Origin: Candidatus Dojkabacteria bacterium
Lineage (GTDB): Bacteria; Patescibacteriota; Dojkabacteria; B142; JAFGMG01
Length of the DNA: 64,000 nt
Assembly (NCBI GenBank): GCA_016927655.1
Contig: JAFGMG010000008.1
Span: forward strand, 5,929 to 69,928
Reading direction: 5' to 3'
Positions within the stretch are counted from its first letter, which is position 1; each line of letters begins with the position of its first letter. Position numbers and translations under genes: made by a program. This document shows, in pieces, positions 10,486 to 20,774 of the stretch. A model generated the notes under the pieces. The model worked only from the letters and a program-made list of their open reading frames with translations, ran no database searches and was not told where the DNA came from.

Positions 10486-11988
10486 TCACTTAATCACGAA
10501 CACTTTGTTTTGATCAATTACTTTTTTGCCAAGCTCAAGCCTGATATCCGAGGCAGCATAAAGAGTTGCCAATAAATCTCCTGATTTGACCTGCTGCCCG
10601 GGCTGCATATGCACATAAAGCCCCGATTCCTTTATACGTGGGTTCCCAAGAGCCTTTGCTACTTCGAATATTCTTTTATTGTTGATCGATTCAAGGACTC
10701 CAGAACGAGGAGCCTTATATTCATAGACTATTCCGCCAACTTCCAGCGAATCAGAAGTAACCTCTACATCACCGCCCTGTGCTTCTACAATCTCACGGAA
10801 TTTTTTTTCTGCTTTTCCGCTATAGAGCGTTTCCTGGGCAAGATCAAACCCCCCGCCCTTTTGGGCCTTTCCAACCATTTCAAGCAAAATCCCCGCCATC
10901 TCTAATGCAGAGTTTTCAAGTTGCTGCGATTTTTGGGGATGCTGCTCATATACCCTTAAAAATTCCTTACATTCCAGAGCAGGTCCGACAGCATTCCCAT
11001 CTATTCCCATGACCTGCCTCTTATACACATTAACCTTAACCCCGAATTCCATCCCAAGCAGATCAAACATATTTTTAACTTTATCGAATTCTCCCTCATG
11101 TATCTTTGAGCTTGGACCAATCGGAACATCAAAAATAACGTGGTTTACACCTTGTGCAATTTTTTTTGCCATAATACTTGAAACAAATTTATCTATTGAT
11201 TCGATTCCGATATGTTTTTGATAACGAATGATCTCATCATCAGCCGGAGCAAGATCAAGCCCTCCGCCCCATACCATGAAAGCTCCATTTTTATCGACCA
11301 TTTCCTCGAGCTGACGTCTGTTAAAAACCATCGGCATAATAACTTCAAGCATATCCGTAGTTGCACTGGCACTAGTAACAGCTCTAGTTGAAGTATTCGG
11401 AACAATAACACCATTTGCGGCAACTATCGGGACTACAATCGGAGTTACTCCTTTTCCTGCAATTCCCCCAATCGAATGTTTATCTGCGACCGTACCCTGG
11501 AATTTCAAAATTTCTCCGGTCATGGCAAGGGCCTTTGTCATAAGGAGTATCTCTCCTTTGTCAAATCCAGGGCTGTACCCAGCCGCGATAAACACCGCAA
11601 TTAGAACTTCGTTCAACTTACCATTTGCAATATCGCGCATTATATAAAAAAAATCTTTGTAATCAAGCTTCTCACCAAGCAGTTTTTTCCTAATGGAAAC
11701 CGCTGATTCAATCTGATCTAAAAGACTAATTTCAATGACTGTTTTATCTTTTATGGCATTTTTCTGCCATATGTCTTCATAAATGCCAATCTCTCCCTCA
11801 TCTACAAGTGTCTGGGTAGTGTCTATCGTCGCTACAAGGGGCTCTGCAAGCCCGCTCCACTTTATTGAGACTCTATCCCCCACATTTACACCAACACCAT
11901 ATTCATTAGCATCAGCCTCATTGATTATGCAAATTAATTCATCTCCGGAATTGATATCAAGTTTTTTTGCAGCTAAAAAGAATTTCAT
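10486..11988 (-). CDS. AMP phosphorylase (archaeal-type DeoA / thymidine-phosphorylase family with ~90-aa N-terminal extension)
   Basis: Pyrimidine-nucleoside phosphorylase family motifs (DKHSIGGIAGKG, TSTRA) plus the N-terminal extra domain typical of AMP phosphorylase. 500 aa against about 440 aa for TP. Confidence 0.7.
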   Translation of the reverse strand: MKFFLAAKKLDINSGDELICIINEADANEYGVGVNVGDRVSIKWSGLAEPLVATIDTTQTLVDEGEIGIYEDIWQKNAIKDKTVIEISLLDQIESAVSIRKKLLGEKLDYKDFFYIMRDIANGKLNEVLIAVFIAAGYSPGFDKGEILLMTKALAMTGEILKFQGTVADKHSIGGIAGKGVTPIVVPIVAANGVIVPNTSTRAVTSASATTDMLEVIMPMVFNRRQLEEMVDKNGAFMVWGGGLDLAPADDEIIRYQKHIGIESIDKFVSSIMAKKIAQGVNHVIFDVPIGPSSKIHEGEFDKVKNMFDLLGMEFGVKVNVYKRQVMGIDGNAVGPALECKEFLRVYEQHPQKSQQLENSALEMAGILLEMVGKAQKGGGFDLAQETLYSGKAEKKFREIVEAQGGDVEVTSDSLEVGGIVYEYKAPRSGVLESINNKRIFEVAKALGNPRIKESGLYVHMQPGQQVKSGDLLATLYAASDIRLELGKKVIDQNKVFVIK

Positions 11989-11999
11989 CTGGTATCAGA

Positions 12000-12923
12000 C
12001 TAATATGCCCAAGGATAGATAGATTTCAGTGCCGGTCCCAGTTCTTCCGCTTTCAAGACACCGGCCTCGGTGATATAAGCTGTCACTAATCTTGCGGGGA
12101 TCAGCTCAAATGAAGGATTGATGATGTTTAAATTCTTCGGAGCATCCTCCCAAACTTCTTTTGCGGGACGCATTTCGATGTTAGGTTCTGAGGACTGTCC
12201 AGTTGGATCAATTTTTAGCAGTGAAGCAAGTACATAGAACTCGTCTTTTCCATCTTCTGCGGCAAGAGCGATTTGATAGCTGCCGACTTTATTTATTACC
12301 CGCCCATCCATGAAAACCTCATCAGCCCCAATCACAATCGCCTCAACTGGAAGGTATCTATCATCAACGATAAAAGACGCACTCGCCGAATCAACTATCT
12401 GCGTGGCATTTACGCCAGCATCAAGCAGTTCTTTTGCCGTTTTTCTACCCTGGTAAAGCGGTCTTGTTTCAGTCGATACAACAGTCATCTCTGGATTCTT
12501 TTTCGCTGCAGCAGCAATGCCTTCAGTTGAGGTTGAAGAATGACAATGCGTAAGTATGACTTGATATTTGGCTAGTAATTCCGCCGAAAACTGAATTATC
12601 CTCGCTTTTGACCTTCTTATAATCTCCTCAAATTGCCTAGTCGCCTCAATTATTTGAGATTTATGGTTTATATTATTTGATTTGATCTGGCCTAGAACAA
12701 ATTTCACTGCGTTTCTGGCTAATGGCTCATTTTCCCTTGCCCGGCTCAACTTATAACCTGCACTCTCCACACTTTCTAAAAGATTATCCTCCTGTATATT
12801 GGATTCTGCAGCAATTCTCATGCCTTCCATAGCAACCAAAGCAACGTTCGTGGCTCCTTGAATTTTAACGGTTTCAATATCTTTGCAAAGCTGATTTATA
12901 CGCTCTTCATAATCAGAAATCAT
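12000..12923 (-). CDS. ribose-1,5-bisphosphate isomerase (eIF-2B alpha/beta/delta-like, e2b2 family)
   Basis: eIF2B/MtnA-like fold sequence (GATNVA..., ILTHCHSSTSTEG, IVIGADEV..DGRVINKVGSYQIALAA), adjacent to the AMP phosphorylase. Confidence 0.7.
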   Translation of the reverse strand: MISDYEERINQLCKDIETVKIQGATNVALVAMEGMRIAAESNIQEDNLLESVESAGYKLSRARENEPLARNAVKFVLGQIKSNNINHKSQIIEATRQFEEIIRRSKARIIQFSAELLAKYQVILTHCHSSTSTEGIAAAAKKNPEMTVVSTETRPLYQGRKTAKELLDAGVNATQIVDSASASFIVDDRYLPVEAIVIGADEVFMDGRVINKVGSYQIALAAEDGKDEFYVLASLLKIDPTGQSSEPNIEMRPAKEVWEDAPKNLNIINPSFELIPARLVTAYITEAGVLKAEELGPALKSIYPWAY

Positions 12924-12970
12924 ATTTATGATCTAACTTAAATTCAGTTTAGAGAGAATTGCGAAAAATA

Positions 12971-14302
12971 TCAAATACTAACTTCTTCCTTCCATTTTGG
13001 AATGTATATTGGGAGATCTGCATTTATCTCATCAAACTTCTGCATTCTTTGAGGCTCAGCATGTACGAGAAAGACCTTTTTTAAAGATTTCTTTTCAAAT
13101 CTATCTAACCATGCTTGCAAATCAGTTGTATCTCCATGCGCTGAGAAACCATAGAATTGCTTAATCCTTGCTCTGACCTTTACTCTTTTTTTATTAATGT
13201 AAATTTCCTCCGGTTTCAATGTAAGTTCTCTTCCCAGCGTGTCTTCCGCTTGGAATCCAACTATTGCAATGGCATTTTTTGGATCCGGAAGGTTGCTTGA
13301 TAAATGACCAAGTATTCTCCCGCCTTCGCACATACCACTTCCTGCAATAATAATTTTAGGTTCGCCCTTAGAATTCTTTAGCATCCTCCCCGGCTTCATG
13401 ATATATCGAACTTTTTCAAAATCAAATAACTCTGCTCCTTGAACATCATTAGCAAATATCGATTGTGTATATTCATTTGTCATATTTATTGCAAGTGGAC
13501 TATCTACGAATATACCTACCTTCTTCTTGATCCTATCTTCCCTATAAGCTTTTTTCAGAATGTTCAATATTTCTTGTGTTCTTTGCAACGCGAAAGCCGG
13601 GATAATCACATTTCCGTTTCTATCTATTGTTTCGTTTATATAACTGACAAACTCTGCCTCTGTCTTCTCCCTGTCTGGATGCACTATCCCACCATAAAGT
13701 GCCTCCATTAATACAAAATCTGCTTTTCGCTCAGCGGTATCAAAAGTCTCCAGGAATGGATGTTTTAATCTACCAATATCGCCCGAGAAATAACCAGTAA
13801 TACCGCTCTTATCTATTACTTTTAGACTTGCAGCTCCAAGGACATGCCCCACCTTTTCAAATTGCATCTTAACCCCATGATCCTCAAATACGTCTTTATA
13901 ACTTTTGGAATTAAATAATTGAATGGTTCGAATAGCATCCGTTGTATCATACAAGGCAACCGTCGATAGTCTTTTCTGAAGATTGTTTTCCTGTATCTTG
14001 GCAGCATCAAGCAGCAAGTGATAACTTAATGCCGAAGTTTTTTGCGTAGAATAAACCTTCCCCCTAAACCCTTCCCTGACAAGCCGGGGAAGCAACCCTA
14101 GATGGTCTAAATGAGCATGAGTTATTACGACAAAATCAATCTGTTTTGGTGCAAACTCAAACTTCTCATAATTCCGATATTCTACATCTTTACCCTGAAA
14201 CATCCCGCAATCTACAAGGAAACTTACATTACCGGTTTTTACAAGATAACAGGAACCGGTCACTGTCTCCGCTGCACCGAAGAATTTTATACTCATACTC
14301 AT
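12971..14302 (-). CDS. MBL-fold beta-CASP family RNA-metabolising hydrolase
   Basis: HAHLDH metallo-beta-lactamase motif and beta-CASP-like C-terminal region (FSAHGD). Confidence 0.7.
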   Translation of the reverse strand: MSMSIKFFGAAETVTGSCYLVKTGNVSFLVDCGMFQGKDVEYRNYEKFEFAPKQIDFVVITHAHLDHLGLLPRLVREGFRGKVYSTQKTSALSYHLLLDAAKIQENNLQKRLSTVALYDTTDAIRTIQLFNSKSYKDVFEDHGVKMQFEKVGHVLGAASLKVIDKSGITGYFSGDIGRLKHPFLETFDTAERKADFVLMEALYGGIVHPDREKTEAEFVSYINETIDRNGNVIIPAFALQRTQEILNILKKAYREDRIKKKVGIFVDSPLAINMTNEYTQSIFANDVQGAELFDFEKVRYIMKPGRMLKNSKGEPKIIIAGSGMCEGGRILGHLSSNLPDPKNAIAIVGFQAEDTLGRELTLKPEEIYINKKRVKVRARIKQFYGFSAHGDTTDLQAWLDRFEKKSLKKVFLVHAEPQRMQKFDEINADLPIYIPKWKEEVSI

Positions 14303-15780
14303 AATAATTCTTTAACAATATTTAATAATCGCTCCTTTTCATTAAGCGTTGGATCCTCAAGGACCTTTTCTAACAACTCATTTAAAATTTTCCCGATATC
14401 GGCACCTTTTATCCCCAATCCGAGCAGATCATGTCCATCAACAGCTAAATCAGAAATTTTAAAGGCACTATCCTCTGCTAGGATTTTACTTATTCTTTCT
14501 TGGAGCGCATCAATCTCAAAGTCAGTAAATGTAGACTTTGGATTCGCGGATGCATCAGCGATCCTCAATTTTATAAGATCCTCAACATTGTCCATTCCAC
14601 CCACCCTGCTGATAAACCTCCTAATAGCCGCATCACTCCAGCCTCCGACACTCTGATAATTTTCCTGTTCTTCCCGCCTCAGCTTTTCAAGATGCTCTTG
14701 ATTTATACTTTGATCATTTTGTTTTCTCCAGTCAGCAGAGGGGTAATAGAACATATGATGCCTGACAAGCAGTGCCACCCTATCGATTTCTTTTTTGGGG
14801 AATTTCATTCGCTGCATAACTTCCTGTGCAATTTTTGCTCCCTCGATATCGTGCTGGTAGAAATGCACTCCTTTTTCATCTTTGCTGTAAGTTTTTGGTT
14901 TTGCAATATCATGGAACAAGGCAACTAGTTTGATCTCATCTTGAGAGACATCCACGACTTTTAGAGTATGGTTATAGACATCATCAACGTGAAATTCCGG
15001 CTGAGTAACACCTATCCCTTCAACAAGTTCAGGTAAAAATATCTCTAGAAGTCCCCCCTTGCGAAGCAACTCAATACCAACGGATGGCTTTGGAGATTTA
15101 TAAAGAACTTTCAAAAACTCATCCCGGACACGCTCAATGGCAATATTTTTAATAATATATGAGAGCTCCCTGATAGCTTCAAACGTTCCTGTCTCAATTG
15201 TAAAATTAAGCTGACTGGCTAATCTGCAAGCCCTTACAAGTCTCAACCCATCTTCACTAAACCTCTCTTTTGGATTCCCGACAGCCCGGATCAATCCTTC
15301 CTGAAGATCATTTATCCCCCCAAACATATCAACAACAACTTCATCGAAACTCGCACCCGAATCATCAAGATTTACAAGATCAATTGCCAGGGCATTTATT
15401 GTGAAATCCCTTCTTTCCAGGTCATCTTCAAGCTTATCAGCAAATTCAACTTTTGAAGGCCACCTAGAGCTTACATAGTCACTCTCACTGCGATAGGTAG
15501 TGACCTCAACATTGTACCTTTCCGAGTCTCTGTCCTCCATTACAACTACAACTGTTCCGAATTTGGCACCAACGTCTACTGTCTTTGGGAAAATCTTTTT
15601 TAGGCCATCTGGGGCGCAATTTGTCGCTATATCAAAGTCAGACGGATCTTTCCCAAGTATCAAATCTCTCACAGAACCTCCAACTAAATATGCCTCGTAT
15701 CCATTTTCACTCAAAACATCAGCAACTCTTTTCACATAAAGGGGAATTTTTGCCTTTATTTTATCGATATTCTTTTCCAT
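14299..15780 (-). CDS. cca: CCA-adding tRNA nucleotidyltransferase with HD domain
   Basis: Pol-beta head (LVGGSVRD...DFDIAT), RDFTINA motif and an HD region (HD...). Confidence 0.8.
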   Translation of the reverse strand: MEKNIDKIKAKIPLYVKRVADVLSENGYEAYLVGGSVRDLILGKDPSDFDIATNCAPDGLKKIFPKTVDVGAKFGTVVVVMEDRDSERYNVEVTTYRSESDYVSSRWPSKVEFADKLEDDLERRDFTINALAIDLVNLDDSGASFDEVVVDMFGGINDLQEGLIRAVGNPKERFSEDGLRLVRACRLASQLNFTIETGTFEAIRELSYIIKNIAIERVRDEFLKVLYKSPKPSVGIELLRKGGLLEIFLPELVEGIGVTQPEFHVDDVYNHTLKVVDVSQDEIKLVALFHDIAKPKTYSKDEKGVHFYQHDIEGAKIAQEVMQRMKFPKKEIDRVALLVRHHMFYYPSADWRKQNDQSINQEHLEKLRREEQENYQSVGGWSDAAIRRFISRVGGMDNVEDLIKLRIADASANPKSTFTDFEIDALQERISKILAEDSAFKISDLAVDGHDLLGLGIKGADIGKILNELLEKVLEDPTLNEKERLLNIVKELL

Positions 15781-15797
15781 AAAATTATTTTTATAAT

Positions 15798-16424
15798 TTA
15801 TAGGGCACTTCTGCCTTCAAACGCTTTTCTAATAGTATATTCATCCAGATAGTCAATGTCTGCTCCACTCGAAAGACCTCTTGCAAGTTTCGTTATTTTT
15901 ACCTTACCTCTCAAATCCTTATTTGCGTCGATCTCTTTTTGAATATAGAGAGCCGTTGATTCGCCTTCCATATTTGGATTTAAACCGATAATCAACTCTA
16001 TTTCCTTTGATTTTGATTTTGATTTTTTCAGTCTATCCAAAAGCTCTTTCAATCTAATTTCATCCGGACCGATTCCATTCATAGGAGATAATATTCCGCC
16101 GAGGACGAAATAAACTCCCTCGAAATCACCCGTTTTTTCGATTGCAAGCAGATCCAATGCATCTTCAACCAGCATTATGACCGATTTGTCTCGCTCATCA
16201 CTCGAACAAATCGGACAAATCTCCTCATCACTGTAATGATAACATTCCTTACATAGCTTTACACCATCCCTGGCCTGAGTAATTGCAGTTGATAAATTAT
16301 CGCTAAGTTCTTTCGGAGCTCGCAAGAGAAAAAACGCTATTCTTGAGGCTGATTTTGGGCCAATACCAGGCAGTGAGGAAATTCCATCAATCAATTCCTC
16401 TATGCTCTTTGGCAGAATTTTCAT
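15798..16424 (-). CDS. recR: recombination protein RecR
   Basis: HhH (LPGIGPKSASRIAF), C4 zinc finger (CKECYHYSDEEICPICS) and Toprim domain. Confidence 0.9.
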   Translation of the reverse strand: MKILPKSIEELIDGISSLPGIGPKSASRIAFFLLRAPKELSDNLSTAITQARDGVKLCKECYHYSDEEICPICSSDERDKSVIMLVEDALDLLAIEKTGDFEGVYFVLGGILSPMNGIGPDEIRLKELLDRLKKSKSKSKEIELIIGLNPNMEGESTALYIQKEIDANKDLRGKVKITKLARGLSSGADIDYLDEYTIRKAFEGRSAL

Positions 16425-16444
16425 GCGCTATTTTTAAGAATTTG

Positions 16445-16744
16445 TTAAGCACCTAGCATTGACTTCATCTTGTCCATATCCATATCTTTTGCCATTTCTT
16501 TCTGGACCTTTTTTGTAGCATCTTTCATTGCTTCTTTAATTCCATCAATCAAATCAACTTTTCTTGCAGGATTTAATAACTCTTCTGCAATTTCGATGTC
16601 GTCTATCTCTTGAATTCCATTTATTAGAACTCTTACGTTCTCATCTCTGGAAAATCCCTCAACCGTCATCTTTTTCATTTGTTTCTGCATTTTCCTGGCT
16701 TCCTTTTGAAGCCTGTATAAATCTTTAATTTGTGAAAAAGCCAT
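16445..16744 (-). CDS. ybaB: nucleoid-associated protein YbaB/EbfC
   Basis: 99-aa protein with the YbaB pattern, in the conserved dnaX-ybaB-recR arrangement. Confidence 0.8.
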   Translation of the reverse strand: MAFSQIKDLYRLQKEARKMQKQMKKMTVEGFSRDENVRVLINGIQEIDDIEIAEELLNPARKVDLIDGIKEAMKDATKKVQKEMAKDMDMDKMKSMLGA

Positions 16745-16761
16745 AATAATATTTTAATAAA

Positions 16762-18279
16762 TTATAAATCGCTAAAAACTTCCTCGACTATATTCTCATT
16801 TGAATCATCCATTTCCTCTTCCTTCTCAATTTTTTCGATAAGCGCCGGATCAATTTCACACTTTACGATAACTTTTATACCATATTTGTCCTGAAAAATC
16901 TTCGCCAGAATTTCTCTTGTCGAAACTGATTCAATTTTCTGCTTGTGGAATTTATATGGGACTTTCAACAGGATAGTATCATTTTGAATTGAATCAAGCT
17001 CGGCTTTCGAAAGGAAGGCATAGAGATGATGATTATGCTTTCTAGTCGCCTCTACCAATAAATTCCAGTCTTGGTTCAGTGCCTCAAATGATAACTTTGA
17101 AATATCATCCTTCTTAGAACCTTTTTGAACAGATTCCTTTTTTGCTTCTCTGGCAATCGTCTCTACCGGTTTAGTGTATTCTTCCACTTTCTGTACATCT
17201 TCCTGTACATCTTTCCGCTCCTCTTTTTGTTCTGCATCCATCTTTACGTTTCCAAGTTCCAGAATTGCTATCTCAAGAGGCAGGGTTATGATCTGGGCAT
17301 CTCTAAGCTCCGCTCCAGCCGAAGAAAATTTCGATAGTATCTGAACAATTCTAGCAAGGCTTACTTTTGAATTACCCTCCATCACTTCACGTATTAAACC
17401 TCGGAAGTGCTGAATTGTCTGAAAAATCAATTGATCAACTGAGAACCCGTCTTTTATCAAATCCTGGGAAAACTTAATCGCACTGTTTGAGTCCCCTGCA
17501 ATCAAAAAACCCGCAAATTTTTTTATCGATGCCTTATTTATCAGACCAAAAGATTTCTCAACATCGTCGAGGCTGATCTCCTTGTCTTTTTTAATCTCAA
17601 AATTAAGAAGCTTAGAAAACAAACTTTCGCTATCTCTGAAACTTCCGCCGCTTAATTCAAAAATCTTCAAAACCGCCTCCCTGCTGATTTTCACTCCTTC
17701 TGACTTAGCAATTTTTTGAAGTTTTTCAAGTAATTCACCCTCGCTGGCCAATTTCAGATCAAATCTTTGAACTCTAGAAAGAATTGTTAGAGGAATTTTG
17801 TGCGGTTCGGTAGTCGCAAGTACAAAAACAATAAACTCAGGAGGTTCTTCTAGAGTTTTTAGAAGCGCATTAAACGCTTCTTTAGTGAGCATATGTACCT
17901 CATCAATTATGTAAATCTTGTATTTACCTTCAGCAGGGGCAAAATTGACTTTCTCTTTAAGAATCCTTATTTCCTCAATTCCTCTATTGGATGCGGCATC
18001 GATCTCTATTAAGTCTATGTAGCTGCCCATTTCTACTTGCTTGCAGACACTGCACTTTCCGCAGCAATCTCCGTTCTTTTCCGGATTTTTGCAGTTTAGG
18101 GCTTTAGCAAGCAGTCTAGCCATAGAAGTTTTGCCAGTACCTCTCGGTCCAGCAAATAGGATTGCATGTGAGAGACTCTCTGTTTTTAGGGAATTGAGAA
18201 GCACTTTCTTAATCAGATCATGCCCCAATATCTCAGAAAACTTTTGAGATCGATATTTTTGGTAAATTGCTTTGGACAT
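16762..18279 (-). CDS. dnaX: DNA polymerase III subunit gamma/tau
   Basis: AAA+ Walker A (GPRGTGKTS), DEVH box and a zinc motif (CCGKCSVC). Confidence 0.9.
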   Translation of the reverse strand: MSKAIYQKYRSQKFSEILGHDLIKKVLLNSLKTESLSHAILFAGPRGTGKTSMARLLAKALNCKNPEKNGDCCGKCSVCKQVEMGSYIDLIEIDAASNRGIEEIRILKEKVNFAPAEGKYKIYIIDEVHMLTKEAFNALLKTLEEPPEFIVFVLATTEPHKIPLTILSRVQRFDLKLASEGELLEKLQKIAKSEGVKISREAVLKIFELSGGSFRDSESLFSKLLNFEIKKDKEISLDDVEKSFGLINKASIKKFAGFLIAGDSNSAIKFSQDLIKDGFSVDQLIFQTIQHFRGLIREVMEGNSKVSLARIVQILSKFSSAGAELRDAQIITLPLEIAILELGNVKMDAEQKEERKDVQEDVQKVEEYTKPVETIAREAKKESVQKGSKKDDISKLSFEALNQDWNLLVEATRKHNHHLYAFLSKAELDSIQNDTILLKVPYKFHKQKIESVSTREILAKIFQDKYGIKVIVKCEIDPALIEKIEKEEEMDDSNENIVEEVFSDL

Positions 18280-18296
18280 TTATGCGAAATTATTTC

Positions 18297-18512
18297 TTAT
18301 CTGACACCCTTTTTTCTAAGCTTCCTTGTCGCCGCTCTCCTTCTCCTTTTTTGTTTTGCAAATTCTTTTTTGAATTCGTGTCTTTCCGCTGTTGGTTTGA
18401 TTCTGTATCTATTTCTTTCATATTCATCCGGGATATTTTCCCTTAAAGTTTCTCTCCACAACATCCTCAATGCCTGATCAATCGGCATATCATCATGTAC
18501 TATTACTGCCAT
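18297..18512 (-). CDS. rpsU: 30S ribosomal protein S21 (bS21)
   Basis: 71-aa basic protein; ...YRIKPTAERHEFKK... and a C-terminal KRRRR tract match the S21 pattern. Confidence 0.7.
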   Translation of the reverse strand: MAVIVHDDMPIDQALRMLWRETLRENIPDEYERNRYRIKPTAERHEFKKEFAKQKRRRRAATRKLRKKGVR

Positions 18513-18558
18513 AATTACTTCACCTCCCCTTTAAATTCAAAAATTATGTCGTATTATA

Positions 18559-20187
18559 TCAGAAAATGCTCCTTAGAAACTCACCAATGAAGCCCAGCCA
18601 GATATCTTTCAAAATTACCAAAACACTTAGCCCGATTAGGAAGAAAAATGATATCCGAGAAATTCTCTCCTGCATTTTCACTCCGAGTGGTTTTCTTCTG
18701 ATTTTTTCAATCACCAAAAACAAGATCTGCCCTCCATCAAGAAGCGGAATTGGTAAAATATTCATAAATGCTAGAGAAACGCTAACCAATCCGGCGATAT
18801 TTATCAGGCTCTTGTAATCTCTACCGACAACTAGTGTATTAATGTGCTCTCCTACTCCCCAAATACTCGTGACTGATTGGCCGGCAATTCCCGGGTCTTT
18901 TTGCTCGACTGATACGCTTAGAATTTCAAAAAGGGCCACAGGATTGTATCCAAATACATTGATGGTATGCGTAATACCACTCAATGCCTTGTTCCCCGAA
19001 TAGTCCAGATCATATTGAGCAACAAGCGGGACATAATTGAGTTGAAAACTGGCCCCCAGAAGGAGCTGGTCCCCATTCTTTTCATTCAACTGAATCTCCA
19101 GATCATGCAAGCTGCCATTCTGTCTTAGTACTTTCAAGTTTATCTTTTGTCCCGCATTCGCCTCCAAAGAATCAGAAAAGTCCTGTGCTTTGGTATAATT
19201 TGTTGCAACACCATTTATCTCAAGCACGATATCTTTCGGCTCAAGACCTCCATTTTCAGCAGGAGAATCCTCATTTACAGTACTGATAATTATTTTATCC
19301 TCAATCTCTGGATCTATATTCAAATCTATCCCTGCTGTATTTAGTGGCAATTTCTCCTCCCTGATCTCTCCCGTTGCAATTATCTGATATTTCACAAAAA
19401 CCTCTTTGCCCAAAGATGCTTGATACAAGCTGTTAAATTGCTCCAGATTAATAATCTGCTGATTATCAATCTCAAGAAGAATAAATCCGAGATTCTCTTC
19501 ACTTACATCAAAGCCAGCCTCTTTCAATTCTTGATTATAGACATTCCCAACTAAAGGTTTTTCGACTTCCTGAACATTCGTTCCTACAAATGGATACTCT
19601 GCGATCTTATAAAAACTGGTTTTAAAATCCGAAACTGCTAAAAATAGATAGAAAATAAAAAACGCTGCGAATAAATTCATAATCACCCCGGCAGTATAGA
19701 CAAATAATTTGCCCATAAAACTTTTCTTCAGAATAAAATTTGGATCATTTGGGATTAATGCTTTTTTTACATATTCAAGAAGTTCCGCTTTCTCTTCCTG
19801 ATCCAGTTTTTGGCTCTCTTCCAGCTTATAGAGCTTTGAGAGGATTGAAGAGTTTTTCCCGGCAATTTCTTCGAGTTTAACTTCATATTTCTTTTTCTGC
19901 TCTTTTGTAAAGTCTTTCCGCTGAACCTGCATAAAACTCGAAGCATCCTCATCTCCAAGGACTTTGACATAGCCTCCAAGCGGAATTGCATTGATCCTAT
20001 AAAGTGTATCCTTGTACCTTCTTGCAAATAATTTCTTTCCGAATCCGAACGCAAATTCTTCCACCTCGACCCCGATTATTTTTGCCGCCAGAAAATGCCC
20101 CAGCTCATGTACGAAAACTAGAAATCCGAAAAGGACGATAAGAACAATTATTGTAAGAAGGAAATCAATAAGAATCATATGTTGCAA
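18559..20187 (-). CDS. rseP: RIP site-2 zinc metalloprotease RseP (M50), with PDZ domains
   Basis: HELGHF (HExxH) in TM1, internal PDZ, and C-terminal LDGG motif. Confidence 0.8.
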   Translation of the reverse strand: MQHMILIDFLLTIIVLIVLFGFLVFVHELGHFLAAKIIGVEVEEFAFGFGKKLFARRYKDTLYRINAIPLGGYVKVLGDEDASSFMQVQRKDFTKEQKKKYEVKLEEIAGKNSSILSKLYKLEESQKLDQEEKAELLEYVKKALIPNDPNFILKKSFMGKLFVYTAGVIMNLFAAFFIFYLFLAVSDFKTSFYKIAEYPFVGTNVQEVEKPLVGNVYNQELKEAGFDVSEENLGFILLEIDNQQIINLEQFNSLYQASLGKEVFVKYQIIATGEIREEKLPLNTAGIDLNIDPEIEDKIIISTVNEDSPAENGGLEPKDIVLEINGVATNYTKAQDFSDSLEANAGQKINLKVLRQNGSLHDLEIQLNEKNGDQLLLGASFQLNYVPLVAQYDLDYSGNKALSGITHTINVFGYNPVALFEILSVSVEQKDPGIAGQSVTSIWGVGEHINTLVVGRDYKSLINIAGLVSVSLAFMNILPIPLLDGGQILFLVIEKIRRKPLGVKMQERISRISFFFLIGLSVLVILKDIWLGFIGEFLRSIF

Positions 20188-20192
20188 ATTAT

Positions 20193-20750
20193 TTAAACAG
20201 TCATTAAATCCTTTTCTTTTTCAATAGAAATTTTTTCAATTTGCCCGTTTATCTCATCAACTTTTTCCTGTAATTGATTCAGCTGTCTTTCCATATCTTC
20301 TTCGGACATATCTCCCTGCTTTTCAGTCTCTTCAATATTGGATTTTACATCCTGCCTGATCTGTCTGACTCGAATTCTTGCCTCTTCGACTCTTTGTTTG
20401 AGTATTTTCACATATTCCAGTCTTCGCTCTTCAGTTAGAGGCGGCAATGCAATACGAATAAGATCCCCATCTACTACAGGATTGAGTCCTGCATCTGATT
20501 TTCTAATCGCAGACTCAACCGCTTGAATTATTGTTTTGTCCCAAGGCTGTACTGTAAGGAGGGTCGGATCAGCTACGTTTATATTGGCTACCTGCTCAAG
20601 CGGCATATCCTGTCCATAAGCTTCAACCTTGATGCTCGATACTAAATCGGTACTTGCCCTTCCACTTCTTAATTTACCAAGTTCGATATTCAGATGCTCA
20701 AGAACCTCAGAGAACTCACTCTTGAGCTGATCTAGTCCTATTTTAGCCAT
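20193..20750 (-). CDS. frr: ribosome recycling factor
   Basis: 185 aa; full-length RRF consensus (VEAYGQDMPL..., PPLTEERR). Confidence 0.9.
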   Translation of the reverse strand: MAKIGLDQLKSEFSEVLEHLNIELGKLRSGRASTDLVSSIKVEAYGQDMPLEQVANINVADPTLLTVQPWDKTIIQAVESAIRKSDAGLNPVVDGDLIRIALPPLTEERRLEYVKILKQRVEEARIRVRQIRQDVKSNIEETEKQGDMSEEDMERQLNQLQEKVDEINGQIEKISIEKEKDLMTV

Positions 20751-20774
20751 AAGTTGTAGCTATAAAAATTAGAA

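Noticed and set aside
12971-14302. Possible RuBisCO large subunit completing the AMP-salvage trio
   Set aside because: The sequence carries HAHLDH and beta-CASP features, so it is an MBL-fold RNase-like hydrolase, not RuBisCO.
14111-14656. 181-aa plus-strand ORF
   Set aside because: It is antisense across the junction of the beta-CASP hydrolase and cca genes, and has no RBS or motif. I treat it as spurious; the other short antisense ORFs in the track were handled the same way.
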